From a virus, in IMG/VR virus record IMGVR_UViG_3300017978_000368, positions 704 through 64,703 of that record: DNA of 64,000 nt; one strand, given 5' to 3'. Position numbers and translations under genes: made by a program. Shown here piece after piece: positions 35,914-45,232 of the stretch. The notes beneath the pieces were generated by a model. That model worked only from the letters and a program-made list of their open reading frames with translations, had not been told where the DNA came from and searched no databases. Every line of letters begins with the position of its first letter. Position 1 is the stretch's first letter.

Positions 35914-35929
35914 AGGGGCCGAAGCCCCC
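35914..35929 (-). other. UUCG tetraloop hairpin upstream of HTH gene
   Basis: Minus strand GGGGGCTTCGGCCCCT, identical to 330-345. Confidence 0.6.
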
Positions 35930-35936
35930 TTGTTGA

Positions 35937-36926
35937 TTACTCGTCGTCCCAGTCGTCGACCATGGATGCCAAGTTGTTCTTGGCAGCAGGTACGGCGGTT
36001 GGCTTCTTCTCTTCCTTGCGCACGACAGGCTCTTCGGCTTCAGTCTCTTCCGCCACTGGCTCGGGCTTGGCTTTCGCTTTTGCTTTGGCCTTGGGTGGTG
36101 GAGGTGGGGCCTCGTCTTCAGTCTCCTCGACAGGCGCTGCGGCGGCTTTGGCCTTGCTTGCTGCTGGGCGCTCACCGCCGATGGCGGGGTCTGCAGGCTT
36201 GGTGACGTTGTCCATCTTGGCCACGCTCATGGTGATTGCTTTGATGGCGTCGTCGGACTGGCCTTGCTCCTTGATGTTCGGGTACTCGTCGTCGGTCAAC
36301 CAGCGCATGGCTTTGAAGAACAACTTGGGGGACTCAGACGCTGTGTCGAACTTCATGCGCGTCACCACTTCGGACGGGTCGATGTTCTGTGCAGCCAAGT
36401 AGCGAGCGTATGCTTGCAGTGGGCGGTTGTCGCCTTCTTCCTTGCCGAAGATCGAAGTTGCTGGCAGCGCCAGTTGCAACACGTCGCCTTCTTGGTCATT
36501 GGCCAACACCAGCGCCAGACGCTGTTGGTAGCGGCACGCACGGCTATTGCCTTGGCCGGAGCCTGCAATGTTCTGTGGGCACTCAGCGCAGGTCGAGGCT
36601 TGCTTGTTCTCGCTGTCAGGGCTTGGCTTGTCGCCGTCTGCAGACCAGCAGTCAGGAGCCGCTGCCTCGTTGGCATCGTACTTCTTGGCATAGAACACGC
36701 GGGACACTTTGGGCGCAGCGTTGACCAGCACCACGTCGAGATAGCGCTCGTCGATGGCAGCAACTTCTTTGCCGTTGTTGACCAGACGGAACACGCCGCC
36801 TTTGATGGAGACACGCTTGCCACCACCGCCACCACCCGCAAGGGCTTTGGCCATGGCTGACAACTCGCCACGCGCTTTGGCGAAGGCTGGGGCTTGGGAT
36901 GGGTTAAAGAGAGCTACGTTGCTCAT
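35937..36926 (-). CDS. Single-stranded DNA-binding/annealing protein
   Basis: SIKGGVFRL, CWS, CAECPQN...RACR; acidic C-terminal tail WDDE. Confidence 0.7.
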   Translation of the reverse strand: MSNVALFNPSQAPAFAKARGELSAMAKALAGGGGGGKRVSIKGGVFRLVNNGKEVAAIDERYLDVVLVNAAPKVSRVFYAKKYDANEAAAPDCWSADGDKPSPDSENKQASTCAECPQNIAGSGQGNSRACRYQQRLALVLANDQEGDVLQLALPATSIFGKEEGDNRPLQAYARYLAAQNIDPSEVVTRMKFDTASESPKLFFKAMRWLTDDEYPNIKEQGQSDDAIKAITMSVAKMDNVTKPADPAIGGERPAASKAKAAAAPVEETEDEAPPPPPKAKAKAKAKPEPVAEETEAEEPVVRKEEKKPTAVPAAKNNLASMVDDWDDE

Positions 36927-37153
36927 TTTGATTCTCCTTTGATGAAATCTAAAAACAGGTTGGCGGTTGTGACGACATTGGTGGCATGGTGCATGCCTCC
37001 GTTATTTTTGTGGAAGTCGATTGCAGACTGTAAAGCGGACTGACGGGTGTACACCGCGTCGCGCTTTTCCTGCAACGCACGCTCGTAGGTGGCGTCTTCG
37101 TCAGGCATGTCTTGTTCCGCCATAATGGCGGCGACGTCAATTTTCTTTGTCAT
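36923..37153 (-). CDS. Hypothetical protein
   Basis: Overlapping start/stop with neighbours; SD present. Confidence 0.65.
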   Translation of the reverse strand: MTKKIDVAAIMAEQDMPDEDATYERALQEKRDAVYTRQSALQSAIDFHKNNGGMHHATNVVTTANLFLDFIKGESK

Positions 37154-37623
37154 TTGGTTGGCTTTCTCACAGAGATTGCGTATTCGGTCATCGAGTTGAG
37201 ACCGGGCGGAACAACACCGGGGTTTTCCTCAAGGAACGTGCCCATGTTGGTCTGCGCAATGCGCTTCTCCAGCAAGTCGATGGCGTCGTGTTCCTTGATG
37301 AACTCTTTGAACGAGTCCCAGTCTTGTGTGTTGTAGCGTGTCTTGGTGGACAGCACCACTGTGCCGTTGTCGGTGCGCACAGAACTGACACCCATGACGA
37401 GCATCTGATCTTTGAGCGCCGTCTTCACGGCATCTTGTTGGCGCTTGATTTCTTCAACTGCGGCATCGTACTCCGATGTGAGTTCCTGAATCTTCGCGGC
37501 CATCTTGCGGTACACCTTGGCCAGCTTGTCCATGGGGATGGCTGCCATTGCTTCAGCGTCAGCGCGTGCTTGCTCCGCTGCGGTGTTGCTTGTTATCTCT
37601 TCTCCGTCGTCTACTTCGGTCAT
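37150..37623 (-). CDS. Conserved phage coiled-coil protein
   Basis: SVRTDNGTV...DWDSFKEFI...LLEKRIAQ pattern; AGGAG SD. Confidence 0.7.
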   Translation of the reverse strand: MTEVDDGEEITSNTAAEQARADAEAMAAIPMDKLAKVYRKMAAKIQELTSEYDAAVEEIKRQQDAVKTALKDQMLVMGVSSVRTDNGTVVLSTKTRYNTQDWDSFKEFIKEHDAIDLLEKRIAQTNMGTFLEENPGVVPPGLNSMTEYAISVRKPTK

Positions 37624-37666
37624 TTGCTTCTCCTAAAAGCGGTTGTGAACTTGTCTAAGATTTGAC

Positions 37667-37694
37667 ATCATACATGGGATTTTTTCGCATGCAA
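37667..37694 (-). promoter_or_regulatory. Putative sigma70 promoter
   Basis: TTGCAT-16 nt-TATGAT on minus strand in the intergenic gap. Confidence 0.45.
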
Positions 37695-37702
37695 CTCCTT
37701 TC

Positions 37703-39265
37703 TCAAGAATTTTTTACTTCACTGTCGAACAGGCCAACGAGCAACGAGTTGTCAGAAACTTTGGTGTTCATGGCCTTGAACAGCTTCTTCTCAATCGGGC
37801 TCGACTCGATGTGTACCACAGTAACTTTGTCGGAATCTTGACCTTTACGGTCGGCTCGTGCTATGCACTGGATGTACTGCTCGACGCTCATGAGCGGACC
37901 GAAGAACACAACCGTGTCAGCTGCCGTTAAGGTGATGCCGTGCGCAGTGGCCGCAGGCTGCATGACGAGCACCCGGATGGTGTCGGTGGTTTGGAAGTCA
38001 TTGATGATGCGCCCACGCTTGGTCGCGTTCACGTCGCCGTGAATCTGTTCAACGCCGTACCCCTTCTTGGTCAGGTGGCTCACGATGGTGTCGATGCTGG
38101 AGCGGAACAGCGCGAAGATGATGACCTTGCGTGACGTCTCCTCCAACACTTCCTCCAACACGTTCAAGCGCGGTGCAGCGTCGAACTCCACAACTTCCTT
38201 GTCGTCCGTGTACGCAGCGCCGCAGGAAATCTGCAGCAACTTGTTGACGGCAACACCAGCGTTGACCGCGCTGATCGTCTCACCCGCCGCACGCACCATG
38301 AGCTGCTCCTTGAGCATACGGTAGTACTTGTTCTGCTGGGGTGTCATGGGCACCTCACGCGTCACTGTGATGACTGGCGGCAAGTCGAGGCACTGCGCTT
38401 TTGTGAAACGTATTGCTGGTTGCAACGCGGCATACACCGTGGTCGTGGCGTCCGGCTTTGCTGCCCACTTGAACATGGTCAGCTTGTTCATCACCTTGTC
38501 GCGCCACGCTGTGAAGAACTTGGGCACGCCACCGGGGTTCACCAACTTGGCCAAGCCGTACGCATCCACGGGTGACTGCGAAGCAGGCGTGCCCGTCATC
38601 ATCCACAGGTACGTCTCGGGCTTGATGATCGAGGCCAGCGCTTTCCAGCGTCGTGTGCTGGGGTTCTTGTATGCGTTGGCTTCGTCCACAATGACCAAGT
38701 CGAAGCGGCCGTCTGCATTGATCTCGTTGGCGATCAGGTTCAGGCCGTCGTAGTTGGCGATGACGATCTCATAGTTCTGCTGGATCATCTCGATGCGGCG
38801 CGATGCCTGCGCATGGTGGGCCACCACAGCGGAGCGGTGGATGACGCTGGAGTTGATGTCACCCATCCAAGCGCTGTGCATGATCGACAAGGGGCACAGG
38901 ATCAACACACGCCGCACGTCACCGCGCTTCATGAGGTAGTCTGCAGCCCACAGAGCGCTCAGCGTCTTGCCTGTGCCGGGGTCGTTGAAACAGAATGCGC
39001 GGCGGTACAGCGTGAGGAAGCTGGCCGTCTCGATCTGGTGGGCCATGGGTGTGTAACGTCCGGGCCAGCTGTACTTGCGAGTGATAGGTGATGGTGCGTT
39101 CTTCACGCCAAGGTTGCGCAGTACGCGCATCTCATCAAGGCCCCAGTACACCGCTACTTCATACGTGCCGTCGTGCTCAGAGAGCACCTTATGTTTTGGA
39201 ATGACGCTGTACTTGTGTGGGTTGCGTGTGCGCACCACCAGCGCTTTGTTGTCAATGATTTGCAT
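37703..39265 (-). CDS. SNF2-family helicase
   Basis: DPGTGKT, IVDEAN, MMTGTP, QCIARADRKGQ motifs. Confidence 0.92.
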   Translation of the reverse strand: MQIIDNKALVVRTRNPHKYSVIPKHKVLSEHDGTYEVAVYWGLDEMRVLRNLGVKNAPSPITRKYSWPGRYTPMAHQIETASFLTLYRRAFCFNDPGTGKTLSALWAADYLMKRGDVRRVLILCPLSIMHSAWMGDINSSVIHRSAVVAHHAQASRRIEMIQQNYEIVIANYDGLNLIANEINADGRFDLVIVDEANAYKNPSTRRWKALASIIKPETYLWMMTGTPASQSPVDAYGLAKLVNPGGVPKFFTAWRDKVMNKLTMFKWAAKPDATTTVYAALQPAIRFTKAQCLDLPPVITVTREVPMTPQQNKYYRMLKEQLMVRAAGETISAVNAGVAVNKLLQISCGAAYTDDKEVVEFDAAPRLNVLEEVLEETSRKVIIFALFRSSIDTIVSHLTKKGYGVEQIHGDVNATKRGRIINDFQTTDTIRVLVMQPAATAHGITLTAADTVVFFGPLMSVEQYIQCIARADRKGQDSDKVTVVHIESSPIEKKLFKAMNTKVSDNSLLVGLFDSEVKNS

Positions 39266-39512
39266 ACTCAGGCTTTAGAAAGATTGTTTGGGTGGGGTTG
39301 TCTTCGTCTATGACGTCGTGCAGATGCCACAAAGTTCTTGCCACATGCAGTGTCGCGTCGTCGTAGCGCTCACCTGAACGCATACGCCCTCCGGTTTGAA
39401 TAACCCAGAGCGGGACTAGGACGTCTACCGGCGCATCAAGAATTTCAGGCGGCGTACCATAGTCCGTAAGCAGTTCTGCACGAGTCATGCGCGATCTGCT
39501 CTGCGCATTCAT
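39252..39512 (-). CDS. Hypothetical protein
   Basis: Translationally coupled overlap. Confidence 0.55.
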   Translation of the reverse strand: MNAQSRSRMTRAELLTDYGTPPEILDAPVDVLVPLWVIQTGGRMRSGERYDDATLHVARTLWHLHDVIDEDNPTQTIFLKPEYANH

Positions 39513-39871
39513 ACATCCTCTTTCAAGCGATACCAGCCGTCGACTTGCTCAAACAGCTTCGCGTGATTAATGCGAGCAAACACGTCGGCGTAAAAGTCTT
39601 TACCTTCTTCGGGTCTTGATTGGTGCCCATCGAACCACTGGTCACCAAACTTCAACTTCCACATCGTGATGGCTTGCGACAGTGGTATCTGAAACGCTTC
39701 GCTCTTGTTGGGGTCGAAACGAGGAATAGGTGTTGAGGGTTTTTGTGCACCCATTCCAAGCATGCTGTTGTACATTTGTTGTTGCTGCGCCGCTTGTATG
39801 CGGCGCTCCATTTGCTGATGGTAGTCCTCGTCAATAACGGTACTGTTTCCGCCAAAAAGATTTCCTAACAT
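39509..39871 (-). CDS. Hypothetical protein
   Basis: AGGAG SD; shares WxxKFG/WxxRYG segment with its neighbour. Confidence 0.6.
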   Translation of the reverse strand: MLGNLFGGNSTVIDEDYHQQMERRIQAAQQQQMYNSMLGMGAQKPSTPIPRFDPNKSEAFQIPLSQAITMWKLKFGDQWFDGHQSRPEEGKDFYADVFARINHAKLFEQVDGWYRLKEDV

Positions 39872-39880
39872 GTTGCTCTC

Positions 39881-40234
39881 CTAAGTTGGTTTCCTGCACA
39901 CGAACCGCGAACGGTCGGTGAGGTAGTGTGTTTCGAGTTGGCCCACAGACTTGAGCCGCTTGTACGCTGCACCGAAGAATGAATCTTCCAAGAGCTTGTC
40001 TACGTCTACCCATTCTTCTCCATAGCGTGTCACCCAGAGATTGACCAGCGTTTCAATAGGCGTGTTGAATGCCACGCTATCGAGGTCCGCCGTCGTTACG
40101 CTGTCCACATCCGTGATGACCCCACCCGGTGCCGTGACGGTGGCGTCGAATGAGGCAGCACCGTTGCTGTTGATGGTCAAGCCGCTTTGTGGGACGGCAG
40201 ACGTTATCCCGTAGGGATTGAAAATCAAGCTCAC
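39881..40234 (-). CDS. Hypothetical protein
   Basis: Coupled overlap; LVNLWVTRYG. Confidence 0.6.
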   Translation of the reverse strand: MSLIFNPYGITSAVPQSGLTINSNGAASFDATVTAPGGVITDVDSVTTADLDSVAFNTPIETLVNLWVTRYGEEWVDVDKLLEDSFFGAAYKRLKSVGQLETHYLTDRSRFVCRKPT

Positions 40235-40491
40235 TTGATCGAGTGGTCGCTCTTGCGAGCGTACGACCTGTTGGCGCTGGCGGTCTTCACCGTGAGGTTC
40301 TTGCGCGTCGTGGTGCCACCTTTGGACAGCGGCTTCTTGTGGTCCACGTCTTTGCCGTCGCCTTTGCTCACGACGCCTTCGGCCTCCAGCATGCGCCGCG
40401 CTTTGTTGCGCTGAGCACGAGCCTTCTTGGTTGCGGGTTTGCTGTCGTACGCTGGGTACGAGGCGCGGTCTTCAGGGTTCTTGTAGGGCAT
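40231..40491 (-). CDS. HNH endonuclease-like small protein
   Basis: GDGKDVDHKKPLSKGG...NL...SANRS. Confidence 0.75.
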   Translation of the reverse strand: MPYKNPEDRASYPAYDSKPATKKARAQRNKARRMLEAEGVVSKGDGKDVDHKKPLSKGGTTTRKNLTVKTASANRSYARKSDHSIK

Positions 40492-40501
40492 TTCAGGCTC
40501 C

Positions 40502-41167
40502 TTAGTGCTTGGGGTTGAACTCACAGCCAGTGACTTGGCACCAGCCGCAGAGCGGGGTTTGGTTGGGGTTCCACACGTTGTTGGCAAAGCTGGCTTCGAG
40601 CCGCGCTGTGCGTTCACGGTAGCGCCACCATGCAGCGTCCTTCTGGTCACGCGTCATCTGCAGCTTGACCATACTGTTTTTCACGATGAAGAGCAAGGCC
40701 GAGTTGACTTTGCGGATGTGGGGGAAGTACTCGAACACCATGCAGGACATGAGCACGAGCTGGTCGCGGTCCGGGTACTTGTTGTTGCCCGTCTTGTAGT
40801 CGCCCACCCACGCTGTCAGGTTCTCGTCATCAACGATCAGGATGTCGGCAATGCCGCGCACCCACACGTCGGGGGACTTCCACTCGGTTGGCTTCAAGTC
40901 AACGGTCAGCGCCATCTCGAACTCAGCGAGCTTGCGCCCGGGTTTCTTGATGAGCGAGTCCGCTACGTCTTTGAACTGCGCGTGCTCGGGTGGGATCGGT
41001 TTGCCGTCACGAACGTACAGTTCGAGCGACTCGTGCACTTGGTTGCCGTAGCGCGTGGCCTCGGTCTCTTGGAAGGGGTACTTCTTCAAGACCTTGACCT
41101 CGTGATAGCGCCGAGCGCAGCCCTCAAAATCTTTGAGGGAGGAGTGGGACCATGCGGGTTTTTTCAT
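40502..41167 (-). CDS. PD-(D/E)XK exonuclease (RecB/Cas4-like)
   Basis: WSHSSLKDFEGC, GNQVHESLE, RGIADIL, DYKTG, CGWC. Confidence 0.88.
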   Translation of the reverse strand: MKKPAWSHSSLKDFEGCARRYHEVKVLKKYPFQETEATRYGNQVHESLELYVRDGKPIPPEHAQFKDVADSLIKKPGRKLAEFEMALTVDLKPTEWKSPDVWVRGIADILIVDDENLTAWVGDYKTGNNKYPDRDQLVLMSCMVFEYFPHIRKVNSALLFIVKNSMVKLQMTRDQKDAAWWRYRERTARLEASFANNVWNPNQTPLCGWCQVTGCEFNPKH

Positions 41168-41168
41168 A

Positions 41169-41471
41169 TCAGAACTTTGCGGAGCGGATGGCATCGTTGA
41201 GCCGTTGAGAGAAGGCTGTGACAAACTGCTCGTTGGCTTCGAGCTTGTGGCCCATGTCGTGCAGGATGGCGTGGGTCACTTCGTGCCAGAACGTCTCACT
41301 GCGCTGGCGCTCAGAGCGCGGGGCCAAGCGCCCCCTGACACGCATGTTGTTGGCCACGCGGATGGCGTGCCCGTAGGTCACACTGCCTGCGCAGTCTGGG
41401 GGAAGCAAGCAGTACGGCTGCAGCACAGGGTACTTGGTCTTCCCGATCTTGATGGTCATTGGGATCATCAT
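41169..41471 (-). CDS. Small HExxH metallopeptidase-like protein
   Basis: FWHEVTHAILHDMG...EQFV. Confidence 0.6.
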   Translation of the reverse strand: MMIPMTIKIGKTKYPVLQPYCLLPPDCAGSVTYGHAIRVANNMRVRGRLAPRSERQRSETFWHEVTHAILHDMGHKLEANEQFVTAFSQRLNDAIRSAKF

Positions 41472-41486
41472 GGTTGCTCTCCTTGG

Positions 41487-43514
41487 TCAGTTTTTAGCCA
41501 ACCCGTATCGACGGTGTGCGCCACCGTCAGCGGCCAGAGGAATCCCCGGCAAATACTTCGGCTCCATAGTCATTTGCGCCAAGACCCAAGTCTTAGCGAA
41601 TTCAACTTCTTCATCCGGAACCACAGCGATCAATTCGTCATGGACCGTGCCCTTCACAGGGTACTTCTTGTCGACGCGCAGCATGCCGTCGGTCATCACA
41701 ATGCGGGCTACGCCCTGCACGATGTTGTTCGTGATCTTACCAGCATACAGCTTCGTTGCGTCGTCGCCGTACACCCACTGCAAGCCGCCTTCTTTCTCGA
41801 CGCCGTCCTCGTCCTTGGTCTTCTCGCGCTCTTGGCGCAGGTTTGGGTACAGCAAGCTCATGCCGTTGGGCAGCACGATCTCTTCTTTGCGGAAGGTCAC
41901 GCACTTGTATGTGAACTCGTTGCCACCAAACAGCGCACGCTCGATCATCGAGCCGCACATGTCCCAGAAGGCCACAACAGGCCACGCCGTAGCGCGGTAC
42001 TTGTCGATAATCATCTTGGCTGCAACACAGTGTACCAACAGCTCTTCGTCGGTGCAAGTGTGCGGAATCTCGTTCAGCTTCTTGACGTTGTCATCCCACT
42101 CAAGGAACTTCTGGATGTACGTTGCAGTGACCCCCAGTTTCTTCGCGAAGCTCTTATCGTAACGCTGAGGCGGCGCACCGAGGAAACCAACCAAAAGCTG
42201 GGCTGCAAACGAGGCCCACCCAAGTCCGTAACCGCAGCCAAGCAACGCGCTTTTCGCAGATTGCCGTAGGTCGGGATGGCTTTCTTTAGTAAGTCCGGGA
42301 ATGTTGAACATCTGAGCGCCGAACGCAGCGTAAGGGTCACCGCCCTGCCGGAAGATGAGGAGCATGTCTTCGTAGTCCGCCAGCCACGCGAGTACTCGCG
42401 GCTCAATCTGGGAGAGGTCGCCAACGACGAGCTGGTGATTCTCGGGAGCCATAATTGCTTTACGCAAGAAGGACCCACGCTTGAGGTTCTGCATGTTGAT
42501 GGCGCTGCCTTTGGCTGCCGTCCAGCGCCCAGACTTTGCGCCGTAGTATGAGAGCGGTACAGGTAGTCGGCCACGCTTGGAGATGTCCAGAAACCGCTGC
42601 GCCCGCGTACGCTCCGTGGTGGACTTGACTTTAAGACGAGCCTCACAGAGAGCGGCAACGTCCTCGTTGTCCCCGTTGAGCATCGCCTGAAAAAGTGCGT
42701 CATTCTTCGCAAGAGCAAGCGTCTGTTTGCCAGTGGTTTTGCTTTTCTTGTAAGGCGGCGGCATCCCGAGCGAACGCAGAACCTCGGCAAACTGTTTGTT
42801 GGATGCGAGCGACGCTTCATCAACGCCGATCTTTTGGAGGAGGGCTTCACGTTTTTCCTTTTCATCGTATAACGCGTCAGTGAGCATGCTCTGATCGAGC
42901 TCCAGCACCGGGCGTGTGTACATCTTGAGGGTCATGTCGATCAGGCGCAGCTCCTTGGTGGGGTACTTGCCGCCGCAGTTGCCTGTCACCGGATCAAGCT
43001 GCACCATCAGTTTGCTGAAAATCTGCTCACACAAATACACATCATGCGCACAGTACTCGGCAAGCTCGCGCTCAGTCTTCGGGTCCAGCTCCAGCATGCC
43101 GTTGGTGTTGTGCACCGCTTGGCCTTTGTCCGGTAAGCCAAAGTCCTTGGCCAGCTTCATCAACGAGTTGCCGACTTCAACTCCGCGCAAGGCCCGAGCC
43201 ATAGAGAGGCTGTCAAAGATAAAACACGGGTGCGCACCGTACACCCACTCCATGATGGAGACGTCGAACTGCGCGTTGTGGGCGAGAACTGCTGTGCGGT
43301 CCCAATCGACGCTGTCGAAGTACTCTTGCAGGTCGTCGCCCCTGATCCATGTCGCTTTGCCTGTTGTGCCGAATTCGTGCACGCATGCGCCGAATGCTTT
43401 GAATCGTTTATCACGTATGTATTCCTCTGTTGTCAGTTTTGATAGTGTGTACTCCGTGCTGTCCCAGCGTGTCTCGAAGTCAATGGTGATGATGTTGTCG
43501 TAAGGCTGGGCCAT
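41487..43514 (-). CDS. polA: DNA polymerase family A with 3'-5' exonuclease
   Basis: DFET and HNAQFD exo motifs; DLSQIEPR (A), RQSAKSALLGCGYG (B), VHDEL (C). Confidence 0.95.
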   Translation of the reverse strand: MAQPYDNIITIDFETRWDSTEYTLSKLTTEEYIRDKRFKAFGACVHEFGTTGKATWIRGDDLQEYFDSVDWDRTAVLAHNAQFDVSIMEWVYGAHPCFIFDSLSMARALRGVEVGNSLMKLAKDFGLPDKGQAVHNTNGMLELDPKTERELAEYCAHDVYLCEQIFSKLMVQLDPVTGNCGGKYPTKELRLIDMTLKMYTRPVLELDQSMLTDALYDEKEKREALLQKIGVDEASLASNKQFAEVLRSLGMPPPYKKSKTTGKQTLALAKNDALFQAMLNGDNEDVAALCEARLKVKSTTERTRAQRFLDISKRGRLPVPLSYYGAKSGRWTAAKGSAINMQNLKRGSFLRKAIMAPENHQLVVGDLSQIEPRVLAWLADYEDMLLIFRQGGDPYAAFGAQMFNIPGLTKESHPDLRQSAKSALLGCGYGLGWASFAAQLLVGFLGAPPQRYDKSFAKKLGVTATYIQKFLEWDDNVKKLNEIPHTCTDEELLVHCVAAKMIIDKYRATAWPVVAFWDMCGSMIERALFGGNEFTYKCVTFRKEEIVLPNGMSLLYPNLRQEREKTKDEDGVEKEGGLQWVYGDDATKLYAGKITNNIVQGVARIVMTDGMLRVDKKYPVKGTVHDELIAVVPDEEVEFAKTWVLAQMTMEPKYLPGIPLAADGGAHRRYGLAKN

Positions 43515-43801
43515 CAGTTGTACAACCCGCTCTCGGGAGCCTCCGCTTTGATGTCTGCGTTCATGATGGCAAACGCTTCGCTGACGAGCCCTGCCATTTC
43601 GTACTGGTTGGAGTTGATGCCGACCGAGATGAATTTCTCACCGTCGGACAGGAGCAGGGTGCCGCGCCACGTAGCGTCTTTGCCGTAGCACTGCGACAAG
43701 ATTGTCAGCATGCTGGCGAAGTGGTCCTTCTGTTGTTCGTCCAAGCCGCTGGCCATCTTCTCGATGGCAGCAACCGCTTTCTGTGCGATGTCTTTGTTCA
43801 T
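43514..43801 (-). CDS. Hypothetical protein
   Basis: AGGAG SD; coupled overlaps. Confidence 0.65.
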   Translation of the reverse strand: MNKDIAQKAVAAIEKMASGLDEQQKDHFASMLTILSQCYGKDATWRGTLLLSDGEKFISVGINSNQYEMAGLVSEAFAIMNADIKAEAPESGLYN

Positions 43802-44103
43802 ATCTCTCCTTGCATGAAACGCACCGACTGCAGCAGTGCGCGGAGGGTGTCGATGTTCTGTTCGTTGATGATGAGCGCCGTGCCTTTTGCCTTCCCGATG
43901 CGCTCGATGTTGTCGTCTTGCAGGGCGGTGGTCTTGCCCTTGCCTGCCTTGGCCTCGATGGCTACAAACTTCCCAGCAACACAACATAGGAAGTCAGGCA
44001 CGCCTGAGTTGCCGTAACCCGTGCCCATGGGCATGGCGTAGTAAACGCCTTCGGCTTCAAGAATTTTTCTGATCTGCTTCTTGACAGCAGCTTCTGGAGT
44101 CAT
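43798..44103 (-). CDS. VRR-NUC domain nuclease
   Basis: TPEAAVK...GVPDFLCC...AIEAKAGKG...Q. Confidence 0.88.
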   Translation of the reverse strand: MTPEAAVKKQIRKILEAEGVYYAMPMGTGYGNSGVPDFLCCVAGKFVAIEAKAGKGKTTALQDDNIERIGKAKGTALIINEQNIDTLRALLQSVRFMQGEI

Positions 44104-44552
44104 GGCCATTTTGTGGGGTCCTGTACTTCGTCGAGCCACATGTGCGTGGCGTTGCTGCCGTAGATCACGGTCTGCGCTACCGTCTCTTTGGTTTGCCGCA
44201 TGGAGTTTGCAAGCGATTGTGCGTAGATGCTGCCAAGCAGTCCGGGCTGCGGTGTGTTCTCAAAGAACTTATCCATGTCATCACCCTTGAGGTGTTTGAA
44301 CTCGCCGTCGTACTCCAGCACCACGCCCTGCGCCTTGAGCCACTTGTACCGCATGTGTGCGCTCTCGTACTGTTGCATCCTTTTGCGCATGTTTTCATGA
44401 GCCATACTGAGCGCTTGGATTCTGGCCGCTGTCACTTTGGCTTTCTGCTCAAGGTCCCAGATGTTGTGCTTGAGTGTCTTGATGTGCTGCTCTTCTGTGC
44501 GTTGGCCGAACGCACGCTGCAGTGGGGGTTCTTTCCATTTTGCTTTCGCCAT
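44100..44552 (-). CDS. Hypothetical protein
   Basis: GGAG SD; RYKWLK motif. Confidence 0.65.
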   Translation of the reverse strand: MAKAKWKEPPLQRAFGQRTEEQHIKTLKHNIWDLEQKAKVTAARIQALSMAHENMRKRMQQYESAHMRYKWLKAQGVVLEYDGEFKHLKGDDMDKFFENTPQPGLLGSIYAQSLANSMRQTKETVAQTVIYGSNATHMWLDEVQDPTKWP

Positions 44553-44579
44553 GGTTGCTTCTCCGGTTGGTTGAATAAA

Positions 44580-44686
44580 AGTTGGGGGGTGGGTAGATTC
44601 AGCGCCCCCGCCGCTGTGAGGAGTTGATGAGGTGGGTAACGTGAGCTGAGCGCCCCCTCATCCGACAAAACGTGTTCGCATCTACC
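44580..44686. ncRNA. Candidate structured intergenic element with two imperfect repeats
   Basis: Repeat AGTTG-N4-GGTGGGTA...AGCGCCCCC x2; stems 44592-98/44680-86 and 44626-32/44656-62. Confidence 0.4.
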
Positions 44687-44715
44687 GGGCTTGCACGCGT
44701 TGCGCAACCATGAAC

Positions 44716-44952
44716 TCAGCTCTCGTGTTTGGTTTGCATCTCGGCCAGCTTCTTCTTGTAGTGCTGCGCCTTGCCTGCGTCGTCAGAATCTTTCTTGCCT
44801 TGACGCATGGCGTACTTGATGATGTTCCCCTTGAGGAACCCTCGGAATTCTTCGGGCGTCAACACCGCTTCCATGACATGCCACGGCTGCATGCCCATGT
44901 CTTTGTAGTGTTGTCCGCCTACTTGCAGTTCGTCTGCTTTGACTTCGTTCAT
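44716..44952 (-). CDS. DUF3310-like protein
   Basis: QVGGQHYK...QPW...FLKGNIIKYAMR.GKK. Confidence 0.8.
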   Translation of the reverse strand: MNEVKADELQVGGQHYKDMGMQPWHVMEAVLTPEEFRGFLKGNIIKYAMRQGKKDSDDAGKAQHYKKKLAEMQTKHES

Positions 44953-44967
44953 GTTGCTTCTCCTTGG

Positions 44968-45108
44968 TTAAAACGGCGCTTCTGGCGCATCAATCATTGT
45001 CTTCTTGCGAGCGACGGTAGACAGGTGCATCATCTTCAACACCCTTGGGTCTGCTCTGTCGAACGGCCACCATGCGTTTGTTGTTAGGGCGTGGTATTGA
45101 CCCCGCAT
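44968..45108 (-). CDS. Small hypothetical protein
   Basis: WWPFDRADP...EAPF; overlaps the tail of the next ORF in another frame. Confidence 0.35.
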   Translation of the reverse strand: MRGQYHALTTNAWWPFDRADPRVLKMMHLSTVARKKTMIDAPEAPF

Positions 45109-45232
45109 GGCCTTCGAGCGTAGCGAAAGTGTGGAGGTTGCCGCACTCTTTCCTGCGCCAGATTTGGTTGTTGTGCTCATCGGTTCGTGTCTCCAGTGTA
45201 CGCGTCCATGCGCCGCATTGTGGGCATTTCAT
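44990..45232 (-). CDS. NrdR-like Zn-ribbon protein
   Basis: MKCPQCG...LETR...RRKEC...HTF.TLE, like the NrdR N-terminus without an ATP cone. Confidence 0.7.
   Translation of the reverse strand: MKCPQCGAWTRTLETRTDEHNNQIWRRKECGNLHTFATLEGHAGSIPRPNNKRMVAVRQSRPKGVEDDAPVYRRSQEDND

Noticed and set aside
40231-40491. HNH gene as a mobile homing endonuclease or intron marker
   Set aside because: Short stand-alone HNH; the neighbouring polA, terL and helicase ORFs are uninterrupted
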